Below are positions 41,501 through 49,870 of a DNA stretch of 56,915 nt, piece after piece. The DNA is taken from IMG/VR virus record IMGVR_UViG_3300007735_000758, positions 1-56,915 of that record; one strand, 5' to 3'. Position numbers and translations under genes: made by a program. Position 1 is the first letter of the stretch, and every line of letters starts with the position of its first letter. The stretch is from a virus. Taxonomy: Duplodnaviria; Caudoviricetes. The notes under the pieces are model-generated. The model saw only the letters and a list, made by a program, of their open reading frames with translations, made no database searches and was not told where the DNA came from.

Positions 41501-42592
41501 CTGTGCCGCAGTCTCTGGCGCGGTAGGAGGAGCCGATAGTTCTCGATTCGCTCTTGCCATTGCCCTTTCATTCGCAGACTTAGCCTGCTTGGCCTGGAAG
41601 ATCTCTATCCCGCCCTGAATTGCAGTACCACCCAACCCTCCGGCAATCAAAGACTCCTTCAGCCCTTCAGTAATCTGCTGCTCAGGATCATATGCGTACT
41701 TGGTAATTACATTCTGAAGAGTATTCTGCAACCCTTCTACCGGAGACTCTAAGGCTCCAGCCTGGAGCGCAGACTTTACCCTGGCACCCGTCCCAAGGTT
41801 GGCAATAAGACTGTCTTTCTGACGCGCCAACTCCTCTGCTATCTTCACAGCAGCTACGTCTGGTGCTTCTCCTGCAAATCTTTTCTCGATACCCTTAACA
41901 ACATCAGGAGCCAGTTCTCCTGCCTCTCTAAACAAACGTCCAACAAGAGGGAGCTTCTGCGCGACAGGAGATCCAAGCATCTTTCCTAAGGGAAGGGCTT
42001 CCAGAGCAGCAGAACCTGCGCCAGCCAAAGCAGACAGACCTGCTTCTTCCGCTTCGGAGATCTGCTTGCCTGCTTCTCTCGCTTCTGCAATCCGTTGAGA
42101 CTGCTCCCCCGCTCCGCTTAATCCCGATACAGCAGAACCAATGCCAAGAGCAGCACGACCACCAAGCCCTGCAACCTTAGCCAATACGCCTGGGGTGAGG
42201 TAGGTAGCAAGATTACCGACAAGACGACCTCCAGCACCCCCCAGGCTTTGGCGCTGTTCTTCGTCAAGCAGTTCTTTGGATATGTCCTCTCCGAATTGAG
42301 AGATGCCTTGACCTGCCTGCTTTAATGCGTCAATCGTAGTGAGAGCGCCGATGCCTGATACGGTACTGCCAACGCCCTGCGCGATACCTTCAGGGATGCT
42401 GCCTAGAAAGGCACCAGCTTGGGAAAGAATACCGGGAGAAGGAGGTTGCTTCTTGGGCGGCGCAGGAGGAGCGGGAGGAGAAAGTAAAGACTTATCTACC
42501 TGTTCGCTAACGTACCTCTCTAGATCAACTCCCTGCAATTCAACAGGGACACGCATCAGACCAAAGCCGTTAACGTATACAACCTTTTCCAT
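35459..42592 (-). CDS. Large polyvalent ejected protein (zincin domains, LPD23-like, LPD38-like)
   Basis: 2377 aa; HEIIH, EQIRLATGWFKG.DKKLRFEI, HEVQHWIQDKEGFASGGN, LAGEIESR, INFSRRG...PFFNARLQG, SPVKLDHLIRGYTGSLG. Confidence 0.8.
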   Translation of the reverse strand: MEKVVYVNGFGLMRVPVELQGVDLERYVSEQVDKSLLSPPAPPAPPKKQPPSPGILSQAGAFLGSIPEGIAQGVGSTVSGIGALTTIDALKQAGQGISQFGEDISKELLDEEQRQSLGGAGGRLVGNLATYLTPGVLAKVAGLGGRAALGIGSAVSGLSGAGEQSQRIAEAREAGKQISEAEEAGLSALAGAGSAALEALPLGKMLGSPVAQKLPLVGRLFREAGELAPDVVKGIEKRFAGEAPDVAAVKIAEELARQKDSLIANLGTGARVKSALQAGALESPVEGLQNTLQNVITKYAYDPEQQITEGLKESLIAGGLGGTAIQGGIEIFQAKQAKSANERAMARANRELSAPPTAPETAAQTTVFIDPVTGKQRVVDRETPKEKGVRKIEESIAKAGEVPEGIRGLLPPGGSVRDVNTRVGTVTVRSNATDEEIEQVVQEVEKSRIESEEAGRAAGRAYIEQEIEKQKSGFQKQLPPGGEYTQVVAPSGRMITLPAGATQQDIDFADKQLQELEEQTQRSNEASRLFYEKGLEIKAKKDLKDATKFVNQNPEVADTVFSQMGIESLADVEAKDIPTFVDLMLEETYKRQEKLTAANKNIQDNYPIASYLAREELNKSLGKLNDNQKLELSALVDTQVQLNQKEYQDAVEEAEIRTAMGVEGSSVEPVDVRQKRAAQAIYGKPLEKLSTPSFFPSATPSVSELETVGKLVDEGDIRSLQITPEEMLERKQFEGMPFTTAKYRQVLDVLQANPDTPVTTTYIKKTFDLPAPAANSMMALMRKRGDLKEVEGKGAPKYFVEPKAEGPLYEMVEPTPQPQPTGEQLFNIAQTTTTQPEFDEKIAAQYAPDLVAALKKRKAEDLFLLGISNALLDAKGNVQPANGQYLNRVIYLAYSPEGKVRTKDDMIKTLDHEIIHGMKALNLFSDAEWKMLTTRFKISYLGEEREKAYRNRYASRKDLNSLLQEEAIAKAAADFSNVDPKRLDPVAKSLVKKVEAFLGFGRTAAQMGYASAEDVLAAVKSGEIGGRRFTPFYEQTITGKEISAPREIKIPAAGKVAEFVRPAPEPVATEKPKAAKGKIKQQKNKSTEKKDEAVEEALYAFLGENAYEADPIKSATMAYRKAAASQMEAEGKTPEQIRLATGWFKGPYDKKLRFEIEDKSARLTDDFLKMPSRSQGETDPYSAFGSITLAEALDHPELFDAYPELMNIKVFKLNDIDAMGFFVPDASAIVINPSQSAAQQRSTLMHEVQHWIQDKEGFASGGNNEVAVEFASDKLIKLTATSMQRRLNEDIRSLEDRVDFLTPVQTMLLSFKNEILDNSNTYDPYTGISNLLPYAKSVLDLYGYKAGNREYQRFLAEQVLGAFKKIDSGDPFSAGPSDTYDDRVKKYISSTRYDLENEIARASDQRSILRGSNIQDIKRVLKKSPESWHLYNRLAGEIESRDVESRINFSPVRRKKITPFSSSLLKPEFAITYSGKGSPSSSKDIMYSLAEDEDSASSSSSVTPDGLVRAFSPRSKENLVDKIYNFFSIDRRSSFRQKFLDRYDPVKEWAIKAYEQTGDRKYLAAASGAYQALLFSDKAQDIAMAGLEFGGFSYDGSIFRAVENEKNSPIKLFGELAAMPASQSGFANKLEEFFEAAYARRYLDLAEGQNRDPGGVVKIEDVRRTWDAFKDDKVIDDAMKRFKAFNDNLIDVLRKSGFIDKKMAESWKQSYYIPFYRLPTVKTQDGDVETGEVDAPKVGTKATNLAAAKSLSGRNLRVNDAMENIIYNTYFMIGTAMKNVAGERIVRDGITTGYIKELPIDEKTKRRAKEDPGSNVISIRENGVKKFYQVDDPLVYDAVAKSTIPVQDALKMMGSFTTALRRGVTTTPSFILKNPIRDTLQVWMQGGFGSDLTPPVGEYVKGITSVLQNSPEYRALQGAGIAGSGIRTQNIASAAKSIREKIGVEQRAFYKKFYDILENAADKSEGISRVQAYKNALEKTGDEAEALFAAMETINFSRRGTSRGAQVAIALLPFFNARLQGLDVAYRTLKGDKMIPTELTGSSKKAVYTRMAYVSALSGVYAVLISGTKAWLNATDEERDSNIFVPIDWIPGIKEGTVLKFPIPQELGLVTKMFPERLVSYYRGLDDGPELVDAMARGLLATLSMNPIPQIFRPYFEHTANFDMYTQKPIENAYLQRLLPEERYTEYTSEVYKMAGQAMGVSPVKLDHLIRGYTGSLGAMTADIIGMILEEGKAAPKPERIRFSEPYLLPGIGQLFRSANGRKAVEDLYELDEAANMAVATLRAVSRGQREMSPERQDELRSMLYIDKAIQPTLKRVQALNRMKRTVLAAEDMSPEQKRDELNSIQEEIVSLSSEIKDLKSELPLRFRVGLSKLLGF

Positions 42593-42605
42593 TTAGATTT
42601 CCTAT

Positions 42606-43946
42606 TTATTTTGCGCCAAGAACTTTAGAGAAAGAAGGGTTTACCGATTGAATTCCAGAACCAATGCCGCCACCACCAAAAGGTTGTTGGTTGGAAAGAT
42701 CAATCAGCTTTCCCATTTCACTGTTTAATATATTGCGCCTAGACTGCAAGGCAGCAGCTTGTTCTTTGTTAAGAGTTAGATCTGAAAGCTGAGAGTTAAT
42801 AGATTTTAACCCTATATCAATCAACTCTGCTCTTTCTTGAATACCGAGCGGCTTACTCGACCCGGATGCAGACGCTCGAATACCAGCCTGTCTCTCTTCA
42901 GATCCAAGCCGCTCTCGATTTATCTGTAAATTAGTTTGTAAATTCAAAGCAGTCTTCAATGTTTCCAGCTTGACGTCTTGCTTCTTGATCTCCAGATCAT
43001 AGGCTCTCTTGTCTGATTCCTTGATCGACTTGTTGCGCTTTTCGATAAAAAATCGTTGATTTTCTTGAGCAATCTTGTAGGCATCGATCAGCTTGTTCTG
43101 GTCGAACTGGGCAAGCTGCATTGCAGCAGCGCCTCTGCGCTGCCTCTCTTCCTGCTTCATCTTATCGAGAGCTACCTGCGCCATCATCGCGGCATTCAAT
43201 TCTTTCTGCTGCTCTCGTTTAGCCGTATCGTAGGTCTGCGATCCAACCCCGATAGCTTGCGCCAAGAGATTAGCCAGCCCTACTCGATTATCCCTGTTGG
43301 ATGCCATAGCAGCACCAGCAGCAATCAAGGCATCCCCAATCCTGGGACGACGAGCCTGAGCCTGTTGCATCTGCTGGCGCACAAGGTTCTCAGCAGATCC
43401 GTAATTAGTTTCTCCTTGCAATTGGCTTAACTGAGAAAGGTAATCCTCGAAAGGCTTGGGCGCAAATTGACCCTTGATCTGGTTAGGGTCCATGCCCAGC
43501 ATCGAAGTGTCTGCCATCCGAACAGGAGCGTTGGATAAATTCTGCAACTCTTGCATAGATCTAGCCGCTTCATTTTGATACTGCTGAATAAGAGAAGGAG
43601 TAGTCACCCTGCCTTGGTTTGCATACCTAGCAACGTGTCCTCCTCCTGCCATCGCAGCTACCTGAGGAGGCGCAGCCTGCATAATCCCCTGTGCCTGAGG
43701 AGGCTGCTGCTGTTGCTGAGGCTGCTGCTGTTGCGGTTGCTGCACTAGATTCTGCGTAACCTGCTGCATTACCGTAGGCTGCTGCTGCGCCTGTGCAGAT
43801 TTAGCGTACTCAGCCCTCAACTGTTCTCTGCGCTTCATCTCTGCAAGCACCAGATAAGGAGGCACTACCACAGGATTCTGACCAGCCATCATTAGCTGCT
43901 GGTCAGAAAGGTTCTTTAAATCATCTGCTGCTTTTACGAGATTCAT
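42606..43946 (-). CDS. Putative ejection/internal virion protein
   Basis: 446 aa, Gln-rich and helical, in the virion operon. Confidence 0.7.
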   Translation of the reverse strand: MNLVKAADDLKNLSDQQLMMAGQNPVVVPPYLVLAEMKRREQLRAEYAKSAQAQQQPTVMQQVTQNLVQQPQQQQPQQQQQPPQAQGIMQAAPPQVAAMAGGGHVARYANQGRVTTPSLIQQYQNEAARSMQELQNLSNAPVRMADTSMLGMDPNQIKGQFAPKPFEDYLSQLSQLQGETNYGSAENLVRQQMQQAQARRPRIGDALIAAGAAMASNRDNRVGLANLLAQAIGVGSQTYDTAKREQQKELNAAMMAQVALDKMKQEERQRRGAAAMQLAQFDQNKLIDAYKIAQENQRFFIEKRNKSIKESDKRAYDLEIKKQDVKLETLKTALNLQTNLQINRERLGSEERQAGIRASASGSSKPLGIQERAELIDIGLKSINSQLSDLTLNKEQAAALQSRRNILNSEMGKLIDLSNQQPFGGGGIGSGIQSVNPSFSKVLGAK

Positions 43947-43953
43947 ACGCTAC

Positions 43954-46900
43954 CTACTTGTTCAAATAGTTGAGGAGAGAACCAGCACCTGCGCTAACCA
44001 GCCCACTCAACCCACCAGCAGCAGGGCGCTGGAACTGAACGCCTTCTACCTGCATACCTGTCGGCACTCCACCCAAGATTCCCTGGAGGAAGTTCATCTG
44101 CTGATAGGGGAAGTTCTGCTGATTGATGAAGTCTTGATAGGCAAGATCCAAAGCCTGCTGAGTACGAGCATCAACCGCTCCTCCAGCCTGCTGCATCGCA
44201 GCAAGACGCTGGAGTTCAAGCTGTTGCGCCATACCAGGAATACCCATCATTGTACCTCCCAGACCAGCAAGCCCAGCAGCACCAGCCTGAGCCTGCTGCA
44301 TCGCTGCTAACCGATTCTGGAAGCCACGCTGACGAGCAGCTTCCTGCTCCGCAGAAGCCTGTTTAATTGCATCTAACTGCATCTGCCACGTTGCCAGATC
44401 TCCAGACTGAGAAGCCTTCGCAGCTTCCAATCCAGCTTGTGTTGCCAACTGCTGGGTAGCAAGAGCAGATTGCAGGTTGCCCTGTCCTGCTGTCAGCCCT
44501 GCCTGTTGATTCGCTAGCTGGGCCTGTAGAGCCTGCTGTGCAGCAAGCTGCTGCGTCCCTAGACGAGCAGCAAGGTTCTCTCGTCCTGCGGTAAGACCCG
44601 CCTGCTGATTCGCAAGAGCCGCTTGGAGGTTCTGAGCAGACTGACCCCGAAGGATATCTGCCGTTGTACCGTACTGCGTAAGCCCTGCCTGCTGCCGTGC
44701 CTGTTGGTTAGCGAGAGCAGCCTGAAGACCAGTTTGAGTGCCAAGCTGTTGAGTGGCAAGTTGAGCGCCCAAATTCTCTCGTCCAGCCGTAAGGCCAGCC
44801 TGTTGATTCGCAAGGGCAGCTTGAAGATTTTGAGCGGATTGCCCTCTAAGAATATCAGCCCTTGTGCCATATCCAGTAAGATTAGCTTGCTGTGCTGCCT
44901 GCTGATTAGCCAATGCAGCTTGAAGAGCCTGTTGAGATCCAAGTTGCTGAGTTGTAAGATTAGCGGCAAGGTTTTCCCTTGCTGCGGTCTGTGCAGCTTG
45001 TTGATTAGCAAGAGCAGCTTGAAGATCCTGAGCGGATTGACTTCTGAGGATGTCTGCTCTGGTGCCGTATTGAGTGAGGCCAGCTTGCTGTGCTGCCTGC
45101 TGATTAGCGAGAGCAGCCTGAAGACCAGCTTGAGTTCCTAGCTGTTGGGTAGCAAGTTGAGCGCCCAAGTTTTCTCGTCCAGCCATAAGGCCAGCCTGTT
45201 GATTCGCAAGAGCGGCCTGAAGGTCTTGAGCAGACTGAGAGCGAAGGATATCGGCTCTAGTGCCGTATTTAGTAAGATTAGCTTGCTGTGCTGCCTGCTG
45301 ATTTGCAAGAGCGGCTTGAAGACCAGCCTGGGTTCCCAATTGCTGGGTGGCAAGCAAAGCACCCAGGTTCTCCCTGCCTGTCGTAACACCAGCCTGTTGA
45401 TTGGCAAGAGCAGCCTGCAAGCCAGACTGTACGTTAGCTTGCTGCGAAGCAAGAGAAGCAGCACGATCTCTTTCAAACTGTGCTTGTGCATTCTCGAATG
45501 CTCTCTGCCTACCTATTGCTTCGATGTCTCCAATCTGACGCTGGAGTGCTTCCTCTGCCAGCCCTTCCTGAATAGCCTGACGGCTACCTCCGAAGGCACC
45601 AGCACGGACAGCAGCAGCACTACGGCCAGCTTTCTGCATCGCAGCTTGGCGGGAGGCTTCTCGCTTCTGTACATCCGTTACGGCATCCATATACGGAGAC
45701 ATATACTGTTCAGCCTGAGGCCTGCCAAAAGCGTCTACGCGAGTACGTTCAGCCGCAACTCGCTCCGCTGGACCCATTTGGAATTGCTGAACTTGAGGCA
45801 CCCCTTCAACCTTGAATCCAGAAACATCTCCCAATGCGGATAAAATATCTCTCGTTTGCCCAGTAACTCTTTCTGGCCCCTGCATCTGGAACTGCTGGAC
45901 CTGAGGAACACCCTGCACCTGAGCAGATTGCAAACCTCCAAGAATCCCAAGAATGTCTCTTGTTTGACCAGTTACCCTTTCAGGAGCAGCAATTTGGAAT
46001 CGCTCTAGAGAAGGAATAGGATCAACTCTAGCGCCCTGAATGCCACCAAGAGATCCAAGAATGTCTATGTTTTGCCCAGTTACCCTTTCAGGCCCTTGCA
46101 TCTGAAACTGCTGAACCTGAGGAACGCCTTCAACCTGCGCTGCGTTAAGCCCACCCAGCCTGCCCAGGATGTCAATGTTCTGACCAGATACACCCATTGG
46201 TTCAGCCATCTGATAATCTTTCAAGTTTGCGGCAGTTACCCCGGTGGGAGCTTGTAAGGTAGGTGCCATCAAAGGATCTATTTTGATTGGACCCTTGAAT
46301 CCCATCTCCTTAATTCCAGGCATCAGGCTCATCAGATAGCTTTGCTGTTCCGGCGAAGCCATTGTCTGCCCAAGGAAATCTCTACCAGCAGCAGCCGATT
46401 CCCCTGCGATGTCGGTAGCAAAGTTGATGCTCCTTACACCTTTACCAAAATCAGTCCCGGCGCTGATCTGTCCTTCGGGAGTAAAGATACTGGGGAGACC
46501 ACCAGCTCCGCGCAAAGCATTCAGCGTCATGTCGCTTGCTTTGAAACCAACGCCAGGAGCATATTGCCCAAACTCAAGAGGATTCTGAGTTGTTCCGAAC
46601 TGCATAATCCTCTGCTGTCCGTATACAGGAGGAGGATTAAAAATGTTTGGGATCCCAGAAGTGTTAACATTCGGGTTTGCAGCAGCAAACAAATTCTGGA
46701 ACCCACCCATAGAAGGCTGAGAAGCAAAGCCAACCCCACCGGGGTTAGGCCCAGAGAATCCACCCGTCTGCTTTCTGATAGCACCACCCTTACGGTAGTT
46801 TCTTACCTTGCCATCATCTCCAATATCAAATTGAGCAAGAGAACCACCAGAAGCAAACCCCCTGCCAAAGTAAGGGACGACTGGTTTCTGCTCAAGTTCT

Positions 46901-48393
46901 TTCAGCCAATCTGGAACACCATCATCAAAAGTTGATTCAACCGGAGGTTGATAAACCGGAGGTTCATAGGAATCTTGAACCGGAGGTTGATAAACCGGAG
47001 GTTCATAGGAAGACTCGGATCTACCCGACGAAGAAGTGGAAAGACGACCAGTGCCTCCACGGCTAGGAGTATCATTACTTGCCATACTTCCTCTTGTCGC
47101 TGGAGCAGGATTAGAAGAAGCATTAGATGCACTTGAAGATGCACTTGAAGACGCTCCTAACCCAACAGGAGAAGTCTTAGCGCCAGCAGCATACGCACGG
47201 TTGTTCTGCTCGATCATCCGATCAATCTCAGCAGTGTTCCCACCAGAACGAGCAACCTCGTCTCTCATCATCTGAAGAGACATAGTCATCTCGCTAGGAG
47301 TTTGCCCAGCACGAAGACGCTGCTGTACCAGCCCTGCATTAAACGCATCAGAGCCGCCCAGGTTGATTAGATTCTGAGAGGGAGGGGCATTGGGTCCACC
47401 GACATTCGTCGCAGCCGTAGTGCCGCCCAGAATCTTTGCAATGCCCTGCGCTTGAGCATCGGTAGCATACTGTGCAGGGTTATACCCCGCTGGAGCCTGT
47501 GTTGTTCCAGCAAGCCCAGGCGAATAGATCGGCACAACAGCTTGCGTAGATCCTGTAAGGCCAGAAATCCCTGAAGGAGAATAACTAGAGGCTCCTGGGG
47601 CAGAAGGAGAACTCGCACTAGGAGGACGATAAGAAGAAGTCCCGGTAGAAGGAGGACGAGTAGAAGGAGAAGATGGAGGAGAAAATCTCTCTGGAGCAGG
47701 TGGAGCAGTAACCCCAGTGCCGATAGGAGGAGTCGGCGCAGAAGTTATATCCGGCGGTTGGTTAAACCGATCTAACGCAGTACCGAAACTGGAACCAGTC
47801 GTGTACAGAGAAGTCTGGGCAGGGCCGATCAAGTCCCCAAAAGGATTCTTTCGTGCGGGTGCGGTAACAGCACCAGTCAATGCATCAGGCTTGGACTTAT
47901 CTTGAGAATCGTAAAGACTCTCTGTCAACCCAACAGGCATATTCTCTCTAAGTTCTTGATATTCCTTCAAGATCTTTTCGATAACACTGTCTTCAACCAT
48001 CCCGCCTTTTGACATACCTCTAGTTACGATTTCCCTGTACGCCTCAGGGATATAGGTACGAGTCTTCGGATCGTAGACCATCCCTAAGAGATTAGGCAAG
48101 CGAGAGCGAGAAGACTGAAGAGCAGCGGCAATCCCCTGCTGATCTGGAGATTCTCCGGTGCGAGTGTTGTCTGGAGGGGTGCCGCCACCACCGCTTGGTG
48201 GTTGATCGGTGGCAGCGGCAGTAGGAGGAGGTTGTCCAGGCAATTGAGAGAACTGCCCTTTAGGAAACTGTTGGCGCAGGTAAGGTTCATTAAAAACAGA
48301 AAGAAACGCTGCGTTCATGAGAGCAGCACGGTAATCCCTTAGATACTCAGGAATATCCCGATTTTCTACGTTAGTCTGAAGTGGATCTGCCAT
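43954..48393 (-). CDS. Putative ejection protein with tandem repeats
   Basis: 1479 aa; YMSPY, AGAFGGSR, DLAYQDF..QQNFPYQQ and AALANQQA repeats. Confidence 0.75.
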   Translation of the reverse strand: MADPLQTNVENRDIPEYLRDYRAALMNAAFLSVFNEPYLRQQFPKGQFSQLPGQPPPTAAATDQPPSGGGGTPPDNTRTGESPDQQGIAAALQSSRSRLPNLLGMVYDPKTRTYIPEAYREIVTRGMSKGGMVEDSVIEKILKEYQELRENMPVGLTESLYDSQDKSKPDALTGAVTAPARKNPFGDLIGPAQTSLYTTGSSFGTALDRFNQPPDITSAPTPPIGTGVTAPPAPERFSPPSSPSTRPPSTGTSSYRPPSASSPSAPGASSYSPSGISGLTGSTQAVVPIYSPGLAGTTQAPAGYNPAQYATDAQAQGIAKILGGTTAATNVGGPNAPPSQNLINLGGSDAFNAGLVQQRLRAGQTPSEMTMSLQMMRDEVARSGGNTAEIDRMIEQNNRAYAAGAKTSPVGLGASSSASSSASNASSNPAPATRGSMASNDTPSRGGTGRLSTSSSGRSESSYEPPVYQPPVQDSYEPPVYQPPVESTFDDGVPDWLKELEQKPVVPYFGRGFASGGSLAQFDIGDDGKVRNYRKGGAIRKQTGGFSGPNPGGVGFASQPSMGGFQNLFAAANPNVNTSGIPNIFNPPPVYGQQRIMQFGTTQNPLEFGQYAPGVGFKASDMTLNALRGAGGLPSIFTPEGQISAGTDFGKGVRSINFATDIAGESAAAGRDFLGQTMASPEQQSYLMSLMPGIKEMGFKGPIKIDPLMAPTLQAPTGVTAANLKDYQMAEPMGVSGQNIDILGRLGGLNAAQVEGVPQVQQFQMQGPERVTGQNIDILGSLGGIQGARVDPIPSLERFQIAAPERVTGQTRDILGILGGLQSAQVQGVPQVQQFQMQGPERVTGQTRDILSALGDVSGFKVEGVPQVQQFQMGPAERVAAERTRVDAFGRPQAEQYMSPYMDAVTDVQKREASRQAAMQKAGRSAAAVRAGAFGGSRQAIQEGLAEEALQRQIGDIEAIGRQRAFENAQAQFERDRAASLASQQANVQSGLQAALANQQAGVTTGRENLGALLATQQLGTQAGLQAALANQQAAQQANLTKYGTRADILRSQSAQDLQAALANQQAGLMAGRENLGAQLATQQLGTQAGLQAALANQQAAQQAGLTQYGTRADILRSQSAQDLQAALANQQAAQTAARENLAANLTTQQLGSQQALQAALANQQAAQQANLTGYGTRADILRGQSAQNLQAALANQQAGLTAGRENLGAQLATQQLGTQTGLQAALANQQARQQAGLTQYGTTADILRGQSAQNLQAALANQQAGLTAGRENLAARLGTQQLAAQQALQAQLANQQAGLTAGQGNLQSALATQQLATQAGLEAAKASQSGDLATWQMQLDAIKQASAEQEAARQRGFQNRLAAMQQAQAGAAGLAGLGGTMMGIPGMAQQLELQRLAAMQQAGGAVDARTQQALDLAYQDFINQQNFPYQQMNFLQGILGGVPTGMQVEGVQFQRPAAGGLSGLVSAGAGSLLNYLNK
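44450..45470. repeat. 198-bp (66-aa) tandem coding repeats
   Basis: Equivalent positions at 44623, 44821, 45019 and 45217. Confidence 0.85.
45740..46215. repeat. ~108-bp (36-aa) tandem coding repeats
   Basis: Recurrent GVPQVQQFQMQGPERVTGQ..DILG. Confidence 0.8.
46939..47011. repeat. 34-bp direct repeat with a 39-bp period
   Basis: aaccggaggttgataaaccggaggttcataggaa at 46939 and 46978 (SYEPPVYQPPV). Confidence 0.9.
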
Positions 48394-48401
48394 ATCTGCT
48401 C

Positions 48402-49577
48402 CTATGCAGGAAGTACCCTGCTGTCCTTTACCTTTCCAGGTTGTTTCGTTGTTCCGGTACGATCCTTCCGCACTCGATCCATCATCGCGTACAGCTTCCT
48501 TGCACCAGCTTCGCTGCTTCCATCTCCCAACCCAGAGACAACATCAGCAGGAATAATAAACTCATCGTTCGACAGGAGAACCTTCTGCCCCCCTCGTGCC
48601 ATACGAGCGGTAGCCATGTCGTCCATGCCGTTGCCCGGACCCTTTATCATGCCCTCAGGAGGGGTGTATTCCTCTTCTTCTGGAACTTCCTCTTCTTCCC
48701 CGGACATCCGCTTGTAGAGATCCTGTAGGGCGTCCTTGCCGTAGTAAGCAATATAGGTATTCAATGCGCCTTCAGGGTCTGCGCCCTCTCCTCGAATCGC
48801 ATCCATCGCATCGCGGATAATCTTCTGCGCCTTCTCTTCTTCAGGCTCAAGCTTGCCACCTTGCGCGGAACGGATTGCATCCTCTTCTTCGTCGGGAGGA
48901 TTTAATGACGGAGTCCCCATGCCTAGAGTTGAAACAATCCCTTGAGGCTGAGGGCCTTGCTGTACAGGCTGTTGCTGTTGAGGCTGTCCGTAAATAGGAA
49001 CAACAGAAGGACCAGAGATAGCAAATCGCTGACGAGCATAGTCTGGTGCGAAGAGATTCTGTTTGTAGTTGGCTACATCGCTCATAATTTGCTGCCCTTT
49101 GTTTTTAGGATCAGGCATTAAAGCACCGACTCCTTGACTAGCAGCACTACTAACGAGAGCAGGGACAGCTACAGAACCAAGAAACTTGCTAAGGCCAGAA
49201 GCAGTAGCAGCTTTACCCGCACCAGCAGCAGCAGCTTTAACGCCAAGGGCAGCAGATCCTTTTATCCCAAGAGAGCTTCCAACTTTTGCAGCAAGTCCAG
49301 CCAGCTTTGCACTAAGCCCTGATCCAGCGCCGCCAGTGCCTACAGCAATACCAACCGCAGCAGCGCCCAGCCCTATTGCGCCCAACAACTTCTTCCACGA
49401 GAACGCCTCGTACATCCCCGTCTCCGGGTTAAGGGTGATCTTTACATCCGGGTCCAACTGCCGAAGGATCGCTTCGATCCCAGCTAATTCGCTAGGGTGA
49501 ATATGCAAAAGGGTGGAATCCCCACCCCTGCCTTCCGAAGCAACCTGCTTTGCAAGAGACGCAATACCTTTGCTCAT
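48402..49577 (-). CDS. Putative ejection/pilot protein
   Basis: GRGGDS.L.HI...NPETG..EAF, a hydrophobic Gly/Ala segment, and GPGNGMDD...LSNDEFIIPADVVS.LGDGSS.AGA. Confidence 0.7.
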   Translation of the reverse strand: MSKGIASLAKQVASEGRGGDSTLLHIHPSELAGIEAILRQLDPDVKITLNPETGMYEAFSWKKLLGAIGLGAAAVGIAVGTGGAGSGLSAKLAGLAAKVGSSLGIKGSAALGVKAAAAGAGKAATASGLSKFLGSVAVPALVSSAASQGVGALMPDPKNKGQQIMSDVANYKQNLFAPDYARQRFAISGPSVVPIYGQPQQQQPVQQGPQPQGIVSTLGMGTPSLNPPDEEEDAIRSAQGGKLEPEEEKAQKIIRDAMDAIRGEGADPEGALNTYIAYYGKDALQDLYKRMSGEEEEVPEEEEYTPPEGMIKGPGNGMDDMATARMARGGQKVLLSNDEFIIPADVVSGLGDGSSEAGARKLYAMMDRVRKDRTGTTKQPGKVKDSRVLPA

Positions 49578-49870
49578 GTCGTTACTGTCACCGTACCCAG
49601 TTTAATCTTTATCTTGTTTGTTGGTGCGAACACTTGTCCTTGCACGACAATCCTTAATACGCCATCTCCATCTGCCCACACCATGCCATCTCTAAGCCCA
49701 TATCCACTTCGTGGGCATTGCAGGAGCATGATGGATGCTCCAACCATTTCTCCAGGAACCCGTTGATTGTATATGTGGATTCCAAGGTTCTTAACAAGAG
49801 AGTCGAAGTATGTCTGATCGTATTCTGATGGAGGCTTGGGGAGCGTCTGTATTGGAGTGTTGCGGTTCAT
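49574..49870 (-). CDS. Small tail-module protein
   Basis: LPKPPSEYDQ; coupled to neighbours. Confidence 0.7.
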   Translation of the reverse strand: MNRNTPIQTLPKPPSEYDQTYFDSLVKNLGIHIYNQRVPGEMVGASIMLLQCPRSGYGLRDGMVWADGDGVLRIVVQGQVFAPTNKIKIKLGTVTVTT

